Shown piece by piece: positions 1 through 11,370 of a stretch of 43,111 bases of DNA. Made by a program: the position numbers and the translations under genes. Positions within the stretch are counted from its first letter, which is position 1, and each line of letters begins with the position of its first letter. The notes below the pieces were generated by a model. The model saw only the letters and a list, made by a program, of their open reading frames with translations, made no database searches and had not been told where the DNA came from. Origin of the DNA: Octopus sinensis (lineage: Eukaryota); the NCBI RefSeq assembly GCF_006345805.1, contig NW_021835023.1, positions 1 through 43,111 on the forward strand, in the 5' to 3' direction.

Positions 1-29
1 TATATATATAGTATATATTGTATAATATA

Positions 30-78
<49 letters not shown>

Positions 79-119
79 AGATATATATATATATATTATA
101 TATATTATATATATATATA

Positions 120-1214
120 CAGGGGTCGAACAAAATAATGGAAACACCTTAAAATTTCAAACAAATTTATTTTAATACGGGTTAGGACCGCCTTTGGCAG
201 TAATTACACCTTGAATTCTACGAGGAATTTTTGTCCATTCTTCAGCTAAAACAGTCTCCAGTTCTTGCAGTGATGGTGGTGGAGGATATTGACTCCTTAC
301 TTGTTTTTCTAAAATACACTGTAAATGTTCAAAAATATTGAGATCTGTGGATGAATTTGATCAGATAAAATGCTTAAATAATCTTGACTATTAATTCTGC
401 CATGAAGGGAAACCATTGGGACGGCGAATTTTCAAGATATAGCCCCCACCCCTAGATCATCACAGATCCTTCTCCATGTTTAACAGTTGGAAGAAGGTAG
501 TCTGGGTCAAATGCTCCTTTTGCCTGTCTCCACACGTATACTCGGCCGGTGGTAGGAAATAAGGTAAAGGATGACTCATCTGAGAAAATAATTCTTCCAC
601 TGCTCTAGGGACCAATTCTGTAGGTTTTTACTTCACTCTAAACGCTTTGCAAGATTTGTATTTGAAAGTAGTGGTTTTCTGATTGCAGCCCTCCCGTGAA
701 ATCCGGCGTTGTGCAGCACCCGGCGAACAGTTTTTGTGGGAACTGGGTTCTCAAGGTTGTTATTAAGCTCTGCAGTAATTTTGGGAGCTGTACTTTTGTG
801 ATCCTTTCTAACAATTCTTCGTGTAAGAATGCGACGGTCCCTGTCTGAAAGTTTTAGTTTTCTTTCTACGAGAAGGTCTTTTTTTCCTTATTCTCAAAGG
901 CTGTCATTACTTACGAGACAGTACTTCTTGATACACCAAACATTTCGGCTGTTTTCGTTGCGCTAGCGCCTGCCATACGAGCACCAACAATTTGACCTCT
1001 TTGAAAGTTCGATAGATCTATCATTTTAATGAACTTTAATTACCTTTTTCTGATGATACCTGAAAAGAAACAGCAATTGTAACAAAACATATTAAGCAAC
1101 GCTAATAATAAATAAAAAAAACATAAAAATAAACAGGCTTTTGACGGTATTATAGATATTTCAAAATTATGATGCTATAATGCTAAGTGTTTCCATTATT
1201 TTGTCCAACCCCTG
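120..1214 (-). mobile_element. Tc1-family DNA transposon relic with decayed transposase
   Basis: TIRs CAGGGGTCGAACAAAATAATGGAAACAC (from 120) and GTGTTTCCATTATTTTGTCCAACCCCTG (ending 1214), each flanked by TA. Minus strand from 1024 reads MIDLSNFQRGQIVGARMAGAS; a later frame gives IIFSDESSF...TVKHGEGSVMIWG. Confidence 0.92.
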
Positions 1215-1556
1215 TACATACATACATACATACATACATACATACATACATACATACATACATACATACATACATACATACATACATACGTATATATATA
1301 TGTTTTTCTACCTACCTATCTATCTACCTATTATATACATTTTAATTATTTTTTTGCAATTTACTTAATCTTTACATTTCATTGTTATTTAAATTTTAAC
1401 TTTTCTATTATATGTAATTTTCTAGATGGTGTAATTTAATTATTTATTTTCAATTGATAAGGTGTTAATTTGAATTCTTTTTCCTTGTAAGTTTGGATTT
1501 TATTCCCTCAAATAATAATTATATATATATATATATATATATAATAATAATAATAT

Positions 1557-1593
<37 letters not shown>

Positions 1594-2181
1594 TAATAAT
1601 AATAATAGGGAGTAAATCCAAACTTACAGGGAAAAATTAGATTTAGGATTAAATCTAATTTTATAGTATAAATAAATATTATATTAAATTAGAGACAAAA
1701 CCACTATTAGGCAAATCAAACGGTGAAAATCATAAGCCAATACATAGAAATAAAATTAATTAATAAAATATATAAAAAATATAAAATATAAATTCAAATT
1801 AAATATTCAAATAAAATTTTTAATTCTTACCATACAGCCACGTCTGGTCATGATGTCAGCTTCACTCTCATGCTTGTTGATCTGGAATATAAGGATTCAT
1901 AATATCTCTACATTGTCACTTTTCTAGGACACGTACGGGGGTAACTATATATATATATAATATATTGGCCGCGTGTGTACCGTTGCCGATTTTTTCCTCT
2001 GTCTTCCCTTCTCTGGATCTTTCCTTCTCCTATGTTTCCGACGAAGAGCTCCACTCGAACCTTAAACCCTCCTTCTTTCTTTCTTTCCTGAGCGTCCAAT
2101 AATACTATATTTGTTCCACGTCCTCGCGTTGTTGTTTGGATAACTTTATATATATATATATAATATATATATATAATATAT

Positions 2182-2223
<42 letters not shown>

Positions 2224-2881
2224 ACAGACAGACAGAATCTGTCTCTCGTGTCACCTGTCCTCTTAAAGTGCTTTTCGTAAGACCCTGTGCTGGAAACCTG
2301 ATACAAACGGGTGCATTGTTTCAGAGCTTAAAACCCGCAGACTTTAGAAATTGCTGACATTCATTTTGATAATAGTGTAATTTATTGTTTGTTCCTTTGA
2401 TAGAAGTTTATTCATCCGGTCGGCCTTTTTATGTAGGTTAAGCTAGTTCCATTCTTTCTTTAAATACATACATACATACATACATACATACATACATACA
2501 TACATACATACATACATACATACATACATACATACATACATACATACATACATACATACATACAATGTTGTTATCGTGCAATGCTTGAGCAAGAAGATTT
2601 TTTTAAAGTGAGGAAAGGTTGTGCACTGAGTCAATCCCACTCACTAAGCAACAGCAGCCATAATCCGAAAAGAAGAACAAGTCAACATCATCGATAACCA
2701 CTGAGCCGCAGGTTTTATATCGGAGTTATCCCAGTTACCTGTGTTACCTTCTCCTAGAAGGATGCCCTAACAAAGGCTAGGAGTCCTTTACTCCCAATGT
2801 ACATACATACATACATACATACATACATACATACATACATACATTGTTGTTATCGTGCAATGCCTGAGCAAGAAGATTTTT

Positions 2882-3378
2882 TTAAAGAGAGGTGTTGGAG
2901 ATAGTGGAGGGGAAGTGGAGGGCAGGATGGAAGGATTGAACGAAAGAGAGGAAGGAATCTAGATGTTCACGAGAGACTGAGGTGGCACCGATAATGTCGT
3001 CAATGTAACGACCGTATAGTTCGGGAGTGGGAGCAGTGAAACTAGAGAATATTTGGGCCTCAACATAACCAACCAACAGATTCGCATAGTTGGGGCCCAT
3101 TCGCTTTCCCATGGCCACTCCCGAGAGCTGTTGGTAGAACGAGAAGCAGTTAAGAGAAATGACAAGTTCGGGCAGACGAATGAGTGTGGAGGTATTGGGT
3201 TCAGGGTTGCGGCGGAGGTCGAGAAAGTGTTGAAGTGCCCGCAGTCCTTCGTGGTGAGGGATGACGGTATAGAGGCTCTGGATGTCCATTGTAAAAAGTA
3301 TTTTGGAGGAGCCGGGAGGAAAGGAGAAAGAGTTGAAAAGCCGGAGAGCATGGTTGGTGTCGTGGATGTGGGAGGGAA
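2882..3378 (-). pseudogene. Penelope-like retroelement reverse transcriptase fragment
   Basis: LFTMDIQSLYTVIPH, YQQLSGVAMGKRMGPNYANL and YGRYIDDIIG are PLE RT motifs. Confidence 0.9.
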
Positions 3379-3419
3379 ATATATATATATATTTATCTAT
3401 CTATCTATCCTTCTTTCTT

Positions 3420-3463
<44 letters not shown>

Positions 3464-3485
3464 ATCTATCTATCTATCTAGGGTA

Positions 3486-3521
<36 letters not shown>

Positions 3522-3616
3522 TGTGGGGTATATAAACATATGTACACATGCAGGGTATATATATCTGCATATGCAGGCACGATGAGACACGAGGATTGTA
3601 TTTGTATTTGTAACTT

Positions 3617-3922
3617 ATCTTTATATATAAAACTAAAGTTGTGTGTGTGTCTGTCTGTCTCCTCCGATTTAGATTCCTAACTACTCCCACATTTTGCGGT
3701 GCATTTTAACCAAAAGCGGGTATCTTATAGTCGTGATTCAAATCGAGCTCTTCTGGGTATTAGCGCGCGTCTACGATGAGTCTACGATTTTAAAAAATAT
3801 TTACCAACATTTTTTCCTATTTTTAATGCATTTTTTTGCTATTATATAAGGCAACTAACTCTCTAAAAATGCTTATAGTTATTTCCCTACAAACCCGAGC
3901 AACGCCGGGCGATACTGCTAGT
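3617..3922 (-). mobile_element. Helentron/HINE-like non-autonomous element
   Basis: Ends are ACTAGCAGTATCGCCCGGCGTTGCTCGGG and ...TATATAAAGAT. Matching copy at 34246. Confidence 0.65.
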
Positions 3923-4110
3923 TCTTTATATATTTGTCTAATAATTAGAAGCTACTACTACACATAGGCGTTTCCACTACCTCTTAACCCCCCTCCCCAT
4001 TCCTTATCTTTTACACTATAATACCTTTCTCTCTCTATCCCCACTCCTATTTCAAATTATCTCCACTGACCACTGACCGACCGCATTTTCTAGTTTTCCT
4101 CTTTTTTTCC

Positions 4111-4509
4111 TTGTTTCAGTCATTTTGACTGCGGCCATGCTGGAGCACCGCATTTAATCGAGCAACTCAACCCCGGCACTTATTCTTTTGTAAGCCCAGT
4201 ACTTATTCTATCGCTCTCTTTTGCCGAACCTCTAAGTAATGGGGACATAAACACACCAGCATCGGTTGTCAAGCAATGCTAGGGGGACAAACACAGACAC
4301 ACAAATATTCACGCACATACATATATATACATATATACGACGGGCTTCTTTCAGTTTCCGTCTACCAAATCCACTCACAAAGTTTTGGTCGGGCCGAGGC
4401 TATAGTAGAAGACACTTTCCCAAGGTGCCACGCAGTGGGACTGAACCCGGAACCATGTGTTTCGTTAGCAAGCTACTTACCACACAACACTCCTACATAC
4501 ATACATACA

Positions 4510-4540
<31 letters not shown>

Positions 4541-4747
4541 TATATATATATACATATATATATACATATATATATACATATATACGACGGGCTTCTTCAG
4601 TTTCCGTCTACCAAATCCACTCACAAGATTTGGTCGGGCCGAGGCTATAGTAGCAGACACTTGCCAAAGGTGCCACGCAGTGGGACTGAACCCTTAACCA
4701 TGTGGTTCGTTAGCAAGCTACTTACCACACAACCACTGCTACAACAT

Positions 4748-4826
<79 letters not shown>

Positions 4827-4844
4827 GTATATATATTATATATA

Positions 4845-4899
<55 letters not shown>

Positions 4900-5075
4900 T
4901 TATATATATACATATACGACGGGCTTCTTTCAGTTTTCGTCTACCAAATCCACTCACAAAGTTTTGTGTGGCCGAGCCTATAGTAGAAGACACTTGCCCA
5001 AGGTGCCACGCAGTGGGACTGAACCCGGAACCATGTGGTTGGTAAACAAGCTACTTACCACACAGCCACTCCTGC
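4111..5075 (-). mobile_element. tRNA-derived SINE family A with three tandem head modules and one tail
   Basis: Heads at ~4338-4494, 4584-4738 and 4916-5075 (tRNA-like GGAGTGGCTGTGTGGTAAG...GGTTCAGTCCC), separated by (TA)n. Tail at 4111-4290. Confidence 0.85.
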
Positions 5076-5254
5076 GACCTATATCTTAATTTTTCTTTTT
5101 TCTTTTCCCTTATTCCCTTTATTCGTATCTTCAGGGCTTTTATTCTTTATTTTATTTTTTGCTATTTTTACTAATTTCCTTTCTCCTTTCTCTTTCATTC
5201 TTTCTTTCTTTCTCTCCTCCTTTTCTCCTCCTTAATTCATAAAACACGTTCAGG

Positions 5255-5494
5255 CAAATCGAGCCCCAGGACTTATTCTTTGGAAGCCTATTACTTATTC
5301 TATCGGTCTCTTTTGCTGTAGCGCTAAGTTACGGGGACGTAAACACACCAGCATCCGTTATCAAGCGATGTTGGAGAAGACAAACACAGACACACTAACA
5401 CACACACACACACACACACACCACACACACACACAACGCACACGCAAACACACAAACACACACACACATACATACATATATATACATACATACA

Positions 5495-5528
<34 letters not shown>

Positions 5529-5690
5529 CATACATACGGCGGGATTCTTTCAGTTTCCGTCTATCAAATCCACTCACAAGGCTTTGGTCGGCCCGAGGCT
5601 ATAGTAGAAAACACTTGCCCAAGGTGCCACGCAGTGGGACTGAACCCGGAACCATGTGGTTCGTAAGCAAGCTACTTACCACGCAGCCAC
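5255..5690 (-). mobile_element. SINE family A copy
   Basis: Same head and partial tail, with an internal (CA)/(CATA) microsatellite. Confidence 0.85.
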
Positions 5691-5799
5691 TACAGACTGT
5701 ACACAAACTGCCCTCAACAAATTCTTCCAGAAGCATCGTGAGTCCAACAACATAGTGACTGATGAGCCGGCAGGAAGGAGTGCGCAGATGTGCCGAATA

Positions 5800-5945
5800 A
5801 CTTTTGTTAAATAAAGTTCAACTGTCCAAAGAAAAGCCTGTAGAAGCGTTGCGATATTGTGGCTTGATTATAGGAAAGCTTTCATCTATATTACCCATTC
5901 ATGGCTGCTTTAGTGCTTAAATTTGGTAAAAGTGCCCAAGAGGCT
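5800..5945 (+). pseudogene. Short non-LTR RT fragment, R4/Dong/NeSL-like
   Basis: Manual translation SVAILWLDYRKAFIYITHSWLL*CLNLVKVP resembles the W(I/L)DY(K/R)KA(F/Y)DSVPHSW motif. Confidence 0.55.
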
Positions 5946-6043
5946 CACTAAGATCTATTACGAGGCTCACAAAAATTCATTGCGAGGCTCACAAAAGTCC
6001 ATCTCGAGGCTCACAAACACACCCGCCACAACTCTAACACTTA

Positions 6044-6204
6044 CCGCAAATCCTCGAGTATAATCCGAATTTTTTTCCCCAAAATTTAAAGGTCAAAACC
6101 CCTAGTGCGTATTATACACAAGGTTTAGGTCTTTCAGTGGTACATCCCCCTAAAAATCCCCTGCGTATTATACTCAAGGGCGGAATATGTTTGAGGATTT
6201 ACGT
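6044..6204. mobile_element. Short MITE of the same TIR family
   Basis: Runs TA|CCGCAAATCCTCGAGTATAATCCG to GCGGAATATGTTTGAGGATTTACG. Confidence 0.7.
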
Positions 6205-6238
6205 TATATATATTTATATATATATACATATATACATA

Positions 6239-7391
6239 CCGTTAATCCTCGAGTATAATCCGCATTTTTTCCTCCAAAATTTAAAGGTCGAAATCCCTAG
6301 TGCGTACTATATACGAGGTTAAAAATGAAAGATATTTTCTAAGCAATGTCCGAGTCTCTATTTGCTGTCCGGCAGTTTTTATTCAGACACATTTTGTGAT
6401 GACGGGCACGAAAATACCTTAAGCTAAGCCTGAAAGCAATGAAGTCATAAAAGGATCATCCATAACTTGCAGTAAGCAACATTTATTAAACGTTATTTCT
6501 GTTATTTCTTTATTTTCTGCAAACAAAATGCACAAAAAAGCTACACGTTTGCATTATGTTATACATACAATAATAATAAAGGACGTTACTGTATACATTT
6601 TTACAAACCAAGGACGTTATATAGACCTCCTGACTCAAGTTCGAGAAGGTGTGCGTATTATACACAAGGTTTAAGTTTTTCAGAAGTACAGCACCCTAAA
6701 AATCCTCTGCGTATTTATCCAAGGGCATGAAGATACTTTAAGCTAAAGCCTGAAAGCAATGAAGTCATAAAAGAATCATCCATAACTTGCAGTAAGCAAC
6801 ATTTATTAAACGTTATTTCTGTTATTTCTTTATTTTCTGCAAACAAATGCACAAAAAAGCTACACGTTTGCATTATGTTTATATACAATAATAATAAAGG
6901 ACGTTACTGTATATAGTTTTACAAACCAAGGACGTTATATAAACCTCCTTGACTCAAGTTCGAGAAGGTGTGCGTATTATACACAAGGTTTAAGTTTTTT
7001 CAGAAGTACAGCACCCTAAAAATCCTCTGCGTATTATATCCAAGGGCATGAAGATACTTTAAGCTAAGCCTGAAAGCAATGAAGTCATAAAAGGATCATC
7101 CATAACTTGCAGTAAGCAACATTTATTAAACGTTATTTCTGTTATTTCTTTATTTTCTGCAAACAAAATGCACAAAATAGCTACACGTTTGCATTATGTT
7201 ATATATACAATAATAATGAAGGACGTTACTGTATATAGTTTTACAAACCAAGGACGTTATATAGACCTCATTGACTCAAGTTAGAGAAGGGGTGCGTATT
7301 ATACACAAGGTTTAGGTTTTTCAAAGGTACAGCCCCCTAAAAATCCCCTGCGTATTATACTCAAGGGCGGACTATACTCGAGGATTTACGG
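6239..7391. mobile_element. Non-autonomous Tc2/pogo-type DNA element with an internal ~320-bp triplication
   Basis: TIRs CCGTTAATCCTCGAGTATAATCCGC and GCGGACTATACTCGAGGATTTACGG with TA flanks. Internal units start at 6421, 6740 and 7061. Confidence 0.85.
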
Positions 7392-9465
7392 TAATACTTT
7401 CAGTGGAGCGATTATCCCACTTGTAACTGTGTCCGCTCAGAATAGGTAATTTCGTTTCAAAGTTTTCTCGTCAGGTTTTTGGTATTTGTTTAAAATTTTT
7501 TATAATTTTTTTATCACTGCCAAACTGTCCAAGACTTTTTATTTCTCACCTCCGTTAGTAGAGCCGTTATGTGCCTCAGGTCAGCACCGTTGACGAGACG
7601 GCTATATTGCCAAGTGGAATAACAGACGCGAAATCAATGGTGACTTTCTAACTGCCGTAACCAAAGACGTACTACTCGACTACATAACACACACACACAC
7701 ACACACACACACAACATGCACACACATACATATATATATACATGTATATATAAATAAAAAATATATAAAATATATATACATATAATAAATATATAATAAA
7801 TAACGTAATAAATATAATATATGTATAAATATATATATATATATATCTTCTATATATAAAACTGAAATGCGTTTTTACCGCTTGGATCGCTTTCAATGCC
7901 ACTACGTCCCGTCCGATTCGCTCCAAAATTTACAGGGACATGTAGAATGAGGTGACGATGCTCGTGGGCTACCTTAGAAATCTCTAGCTTGAAAGGTGTG
8001 GTTGCTAGGGGGGCATCTTCCTCACTCACGCTATTTCCTTCTTTCCTCTCTCTTACCCCCTTCATTTATAACTTGAGAATGCCACTCCTGTTATTTAATG
8101 TATTCCCCTCAACCCCCTTTCACTTTCCCTTTATAAGTTCGCCAGACGGCTTTCTTTGATGTATCTGTCTGCATTCATAGGGAGAATTATCATCGCTACA
8201 AATTATGTATATGTCTTCCTCACTCACTCACTCTTTTTCCAAATGATAATTATCATCGCCACCACCACCACCACCACCACCACCACCATCAACACACAAT
8301 ACTCACTCTATTTCATACAAACAGCCTTCTTTTATGTATCTGTCTGTGTGAAAGAGATAGATAACTGAAATTTTTTACTCGGTTTTTGTAGTGCGTGCGT
8401 GTATATGCATGTATGTGTATATGTATGCATGTATGTGTGTGTGTATGTATCTATGTATTGTGTTGTGTATGTATGTGTATGTATGTGTGTATGTGTGTGT
8501 GTGTATGTGTGAGTGTGTATGTACCTTTGCTGTTTATGTAACGGTCTGCTAAGTAGAAAATAATGAGGTTGACTCAATGGAAATACATACATACACACAC
8601 ACATACATACACACACATACACACATACATACACACACATACATACACATACATACACACACACACACATACAGATGCAGACCTATGTTAAAAGTGCTGG
8701 CAAGTTTGCATGACAACTATTTTTTTTCCTCAAATGAAAGGCGTGACCTCTAGGACAAAATTCATCATCTTACATAAATGTGGCCCCAGTACACCCGAAT
8801 GAAATCGCGTTATATTAACCAAAATGTGAAAAGGGGTCTAAATGGGGCTGGAAGGGGATAAAATTTAAAGGAGCGGGTATTTAGCAATTCTCTGTTACAT
8901 CAAGCAAAAAATTTGCGCCAGTCTTTTAATCGCCAATGTGTTGCCGTCCATGATGAAGAAGTTTTGAATGCTTGTCATGGTGAGTCTACTGTTGTGAAAA
9001 AGAATCACTTCAAAACTTGGTGTTTAGGGATTTTCTTTTACATCAAGTTCAAAATTTTTTGCCAGCCGTTAAACTGTCAATACGTTGCTGTCCGTCGTTA
9101 AGAAATGCCAGCCATGGTGACTCTACTACCCTCAGATTCTATCCCTTCAAACTTTGGTTTCCAATATTTTATTATTTTTATTCAGCTCGCAAGTTCGTCT
9201 GTCCCTTTTAAATGTTAGTGTGTGCTGTCTGCCTTGAAGCAGACCTTTCCGTTGTTACTGCCTGATATTTATGATTGATCTTTCTAAATATTTTATTTCT
9301 CAACTTACTCAAGATCTTTTGTTGTTATAAATGGGAGAGAGATATATAAAGATAGAGAGTAAGAGAAAGCGAGGGAGAGTCCGAGAGAAAGGAAGAGTCG
9401 AGAGTGGGGAAAGTGAAGAGAGTGAGAGAAAGGAGGGAGAGAGAAACAAAGAGGGAGAATCATCA

Positions 9466-9800
9466 TCATCATCATCATCGTTTAACCTCCGTTTTCCGTG
9501 CTAGCACGGGTTGGACAGTTTGACCGGGGTCTGAGAAGCCAGGAGGCTGCACCAGGCTCCAGTCTGATCTGGCAGTGTTTCTACAGGTGGATGCCCTTCC
9601 TAACGCCAACCACTCTGTGAGTGTAGTGGGTGCTTTTTTGGTGCCGCCGGCACAGGTACCAGGGGGGCTGGCAACGGCCACGATCGGTTGGAGCTTTTTA
9701 CGTGCCACCAGCATAGAAGCCATCAAGGCGGCGCTGCAATCCGCCACGTTCGGATGGTGCTTTTTACGTGCTGAAAGGAAGCAACAGAAAGTAACAACCA
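9466..9800 (-). mobile_element. Retroposon 3' end with a (GAT)n tail, RTE-related SINE-like
   Basis: (CAT)n followed by cgtttaacctccgttttcc and ggatgcccttcctaacgccaacc, recalled as typical of RTE-associated tails. Confidence 0.55.
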
Positions 9801-10185
9801 CACTCTTACCCGCGCGTAGAGCGGGTCACCTTCAGCTAGTATATATATATATACATGTATATATGTATGTGTACACACACACACACACGCACACACACAT
9901 ATATATACATGTATATATAAATAAAAAAATAAGTAAAATATATATAAATATATGTAATAAATAATATAAATAATATAATAAATATAATATATATATACAT
10001 ATTTGTGCATATGTATGTATGTGTACACACACGCACACACACATATATGCATGTATGTGTGTGTGTGTGTGTGTGGTGCATGTGTGTGTTGATCGATGAG
10101 TCTGATAAAAATCACATTGAACTTGGCGATATAGTTGACACATCAAAACAGCTGGGTCATCTTTAATGATGATGGTTAAAATAGG

Positions 10186-10547
10186 ATACATACATACATA
10201 CATACATACATACATACATACATGCATGCATACATACATACAACATACATACATACATGCTCATACATACATACATACATACATGCATACATACATACAT
10301 ACATACATGCATGCATACTACATACATACATACATACATGCATACATACATACATACATACATACATACATGCATACATACATACATACATACATACATA
10401 CATGCATACATACATACATACACACACACATACATACATGCATACATACATGCATACATACATACATGCATACATACATACATACATACATACATACATA
10501 CATACATACATACATACATACATACATGCATACATACATACATACAT
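10186..10547. repeat. (CATA)n microsatellite
   Basis: Directly visible; one of many TA/CA/CATA tracts in the window. Confidence 0.97.
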
Positions 10548-10736
10548 AGCTATTATCTTAATTATTTATTCATTTCCCCCAAATACTAGGAACTGAATCA
10601 GTATCTCCTTGGATGAAACAACTTCTTCATGAGGTTGACAGAACCACTAATTAAATGTATGTATGTATATATATACGTATGTATGTATGTATGTATGTAT
10701 GTATGTATGCATGTATATATATATGTATATATATAT

Positions 10737-11208
10737 AACAATGATAAATATCAAAGTGAGTTATCTACAGTAGCGGTAACACATCGTGACGTATATTTGC
10801 CATTTCAATATGGCTAACCCCTAAGGGTGGATGCTACTGTAGTTTTAAGCCCCAGGAGGACACACTCCTCCAGCTGGCCATAGACACACTTTCTGTGTCC
10901 TGTCAGTATTTGCAAAGGGAAGTCATCCTTCCCGTCTTCAACTTATGATACACACGGACTCGAGTTTCGAGGTATTGACCTCTCGTCAGCGTGTGACAAT
11001 CACAGTTGTCGGCGAGAATTAGATTTCCTTCACAAATACTTATACTTTTTCCAGCGTCCACTGTCGCTGATATTGAAAAAGTGAAATCAAACAATGATAA
11101 ATATCAAAGTGAGTTATCTACAGTAGTGGTAACACATCGTGACGTATATTTGCCATTTCAATATGGCTAACCCCTAAGGGTGGATGCTACTGTAGTTTTT
11201 AGCCCCAG
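10737..11208 (-). mobile_element. Retrozyme-like / PLE pLTR-like element: 353-bp monomer plus a 119-bp terminal direct repeat, containing the hammerhead
   Basis: 10737-10855 is repeated almost exactly at 11090-11208 (offset 353). The hammerhead lies between the repeats. No credible ORF. Confidence 0.7.
10951..10995 (-). ncRNA. Intact minimal type I hammerhead ribozyme
   Basis: Minus strand: CACACG-CTGACGA-GAGGT caat ACCTC-GAAA-C TCGA G-TC-CGTGTG. 6-bp stem I, 5-bp stem II, complete core, palindromic loop III, GUC cleavage triplet. Confidence 0.92.
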
Positions 11209-11262
11209 AGGTAGGTACGTACATATATGTATGTATATATGCATATGTTTTATTTACTAATT

Positions 11263-11347
<85 letters not shown>

Positions 11348-11370
11348 ATAAATAATAATAATAATAATAA

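Noticed and set aside
7850-9230. Short ORFs and non-repetitive stretches at 7850-8065 and 8913-9211
   Set aside because: No recognisable domain or splice-consistent model; probably decayed repeats.
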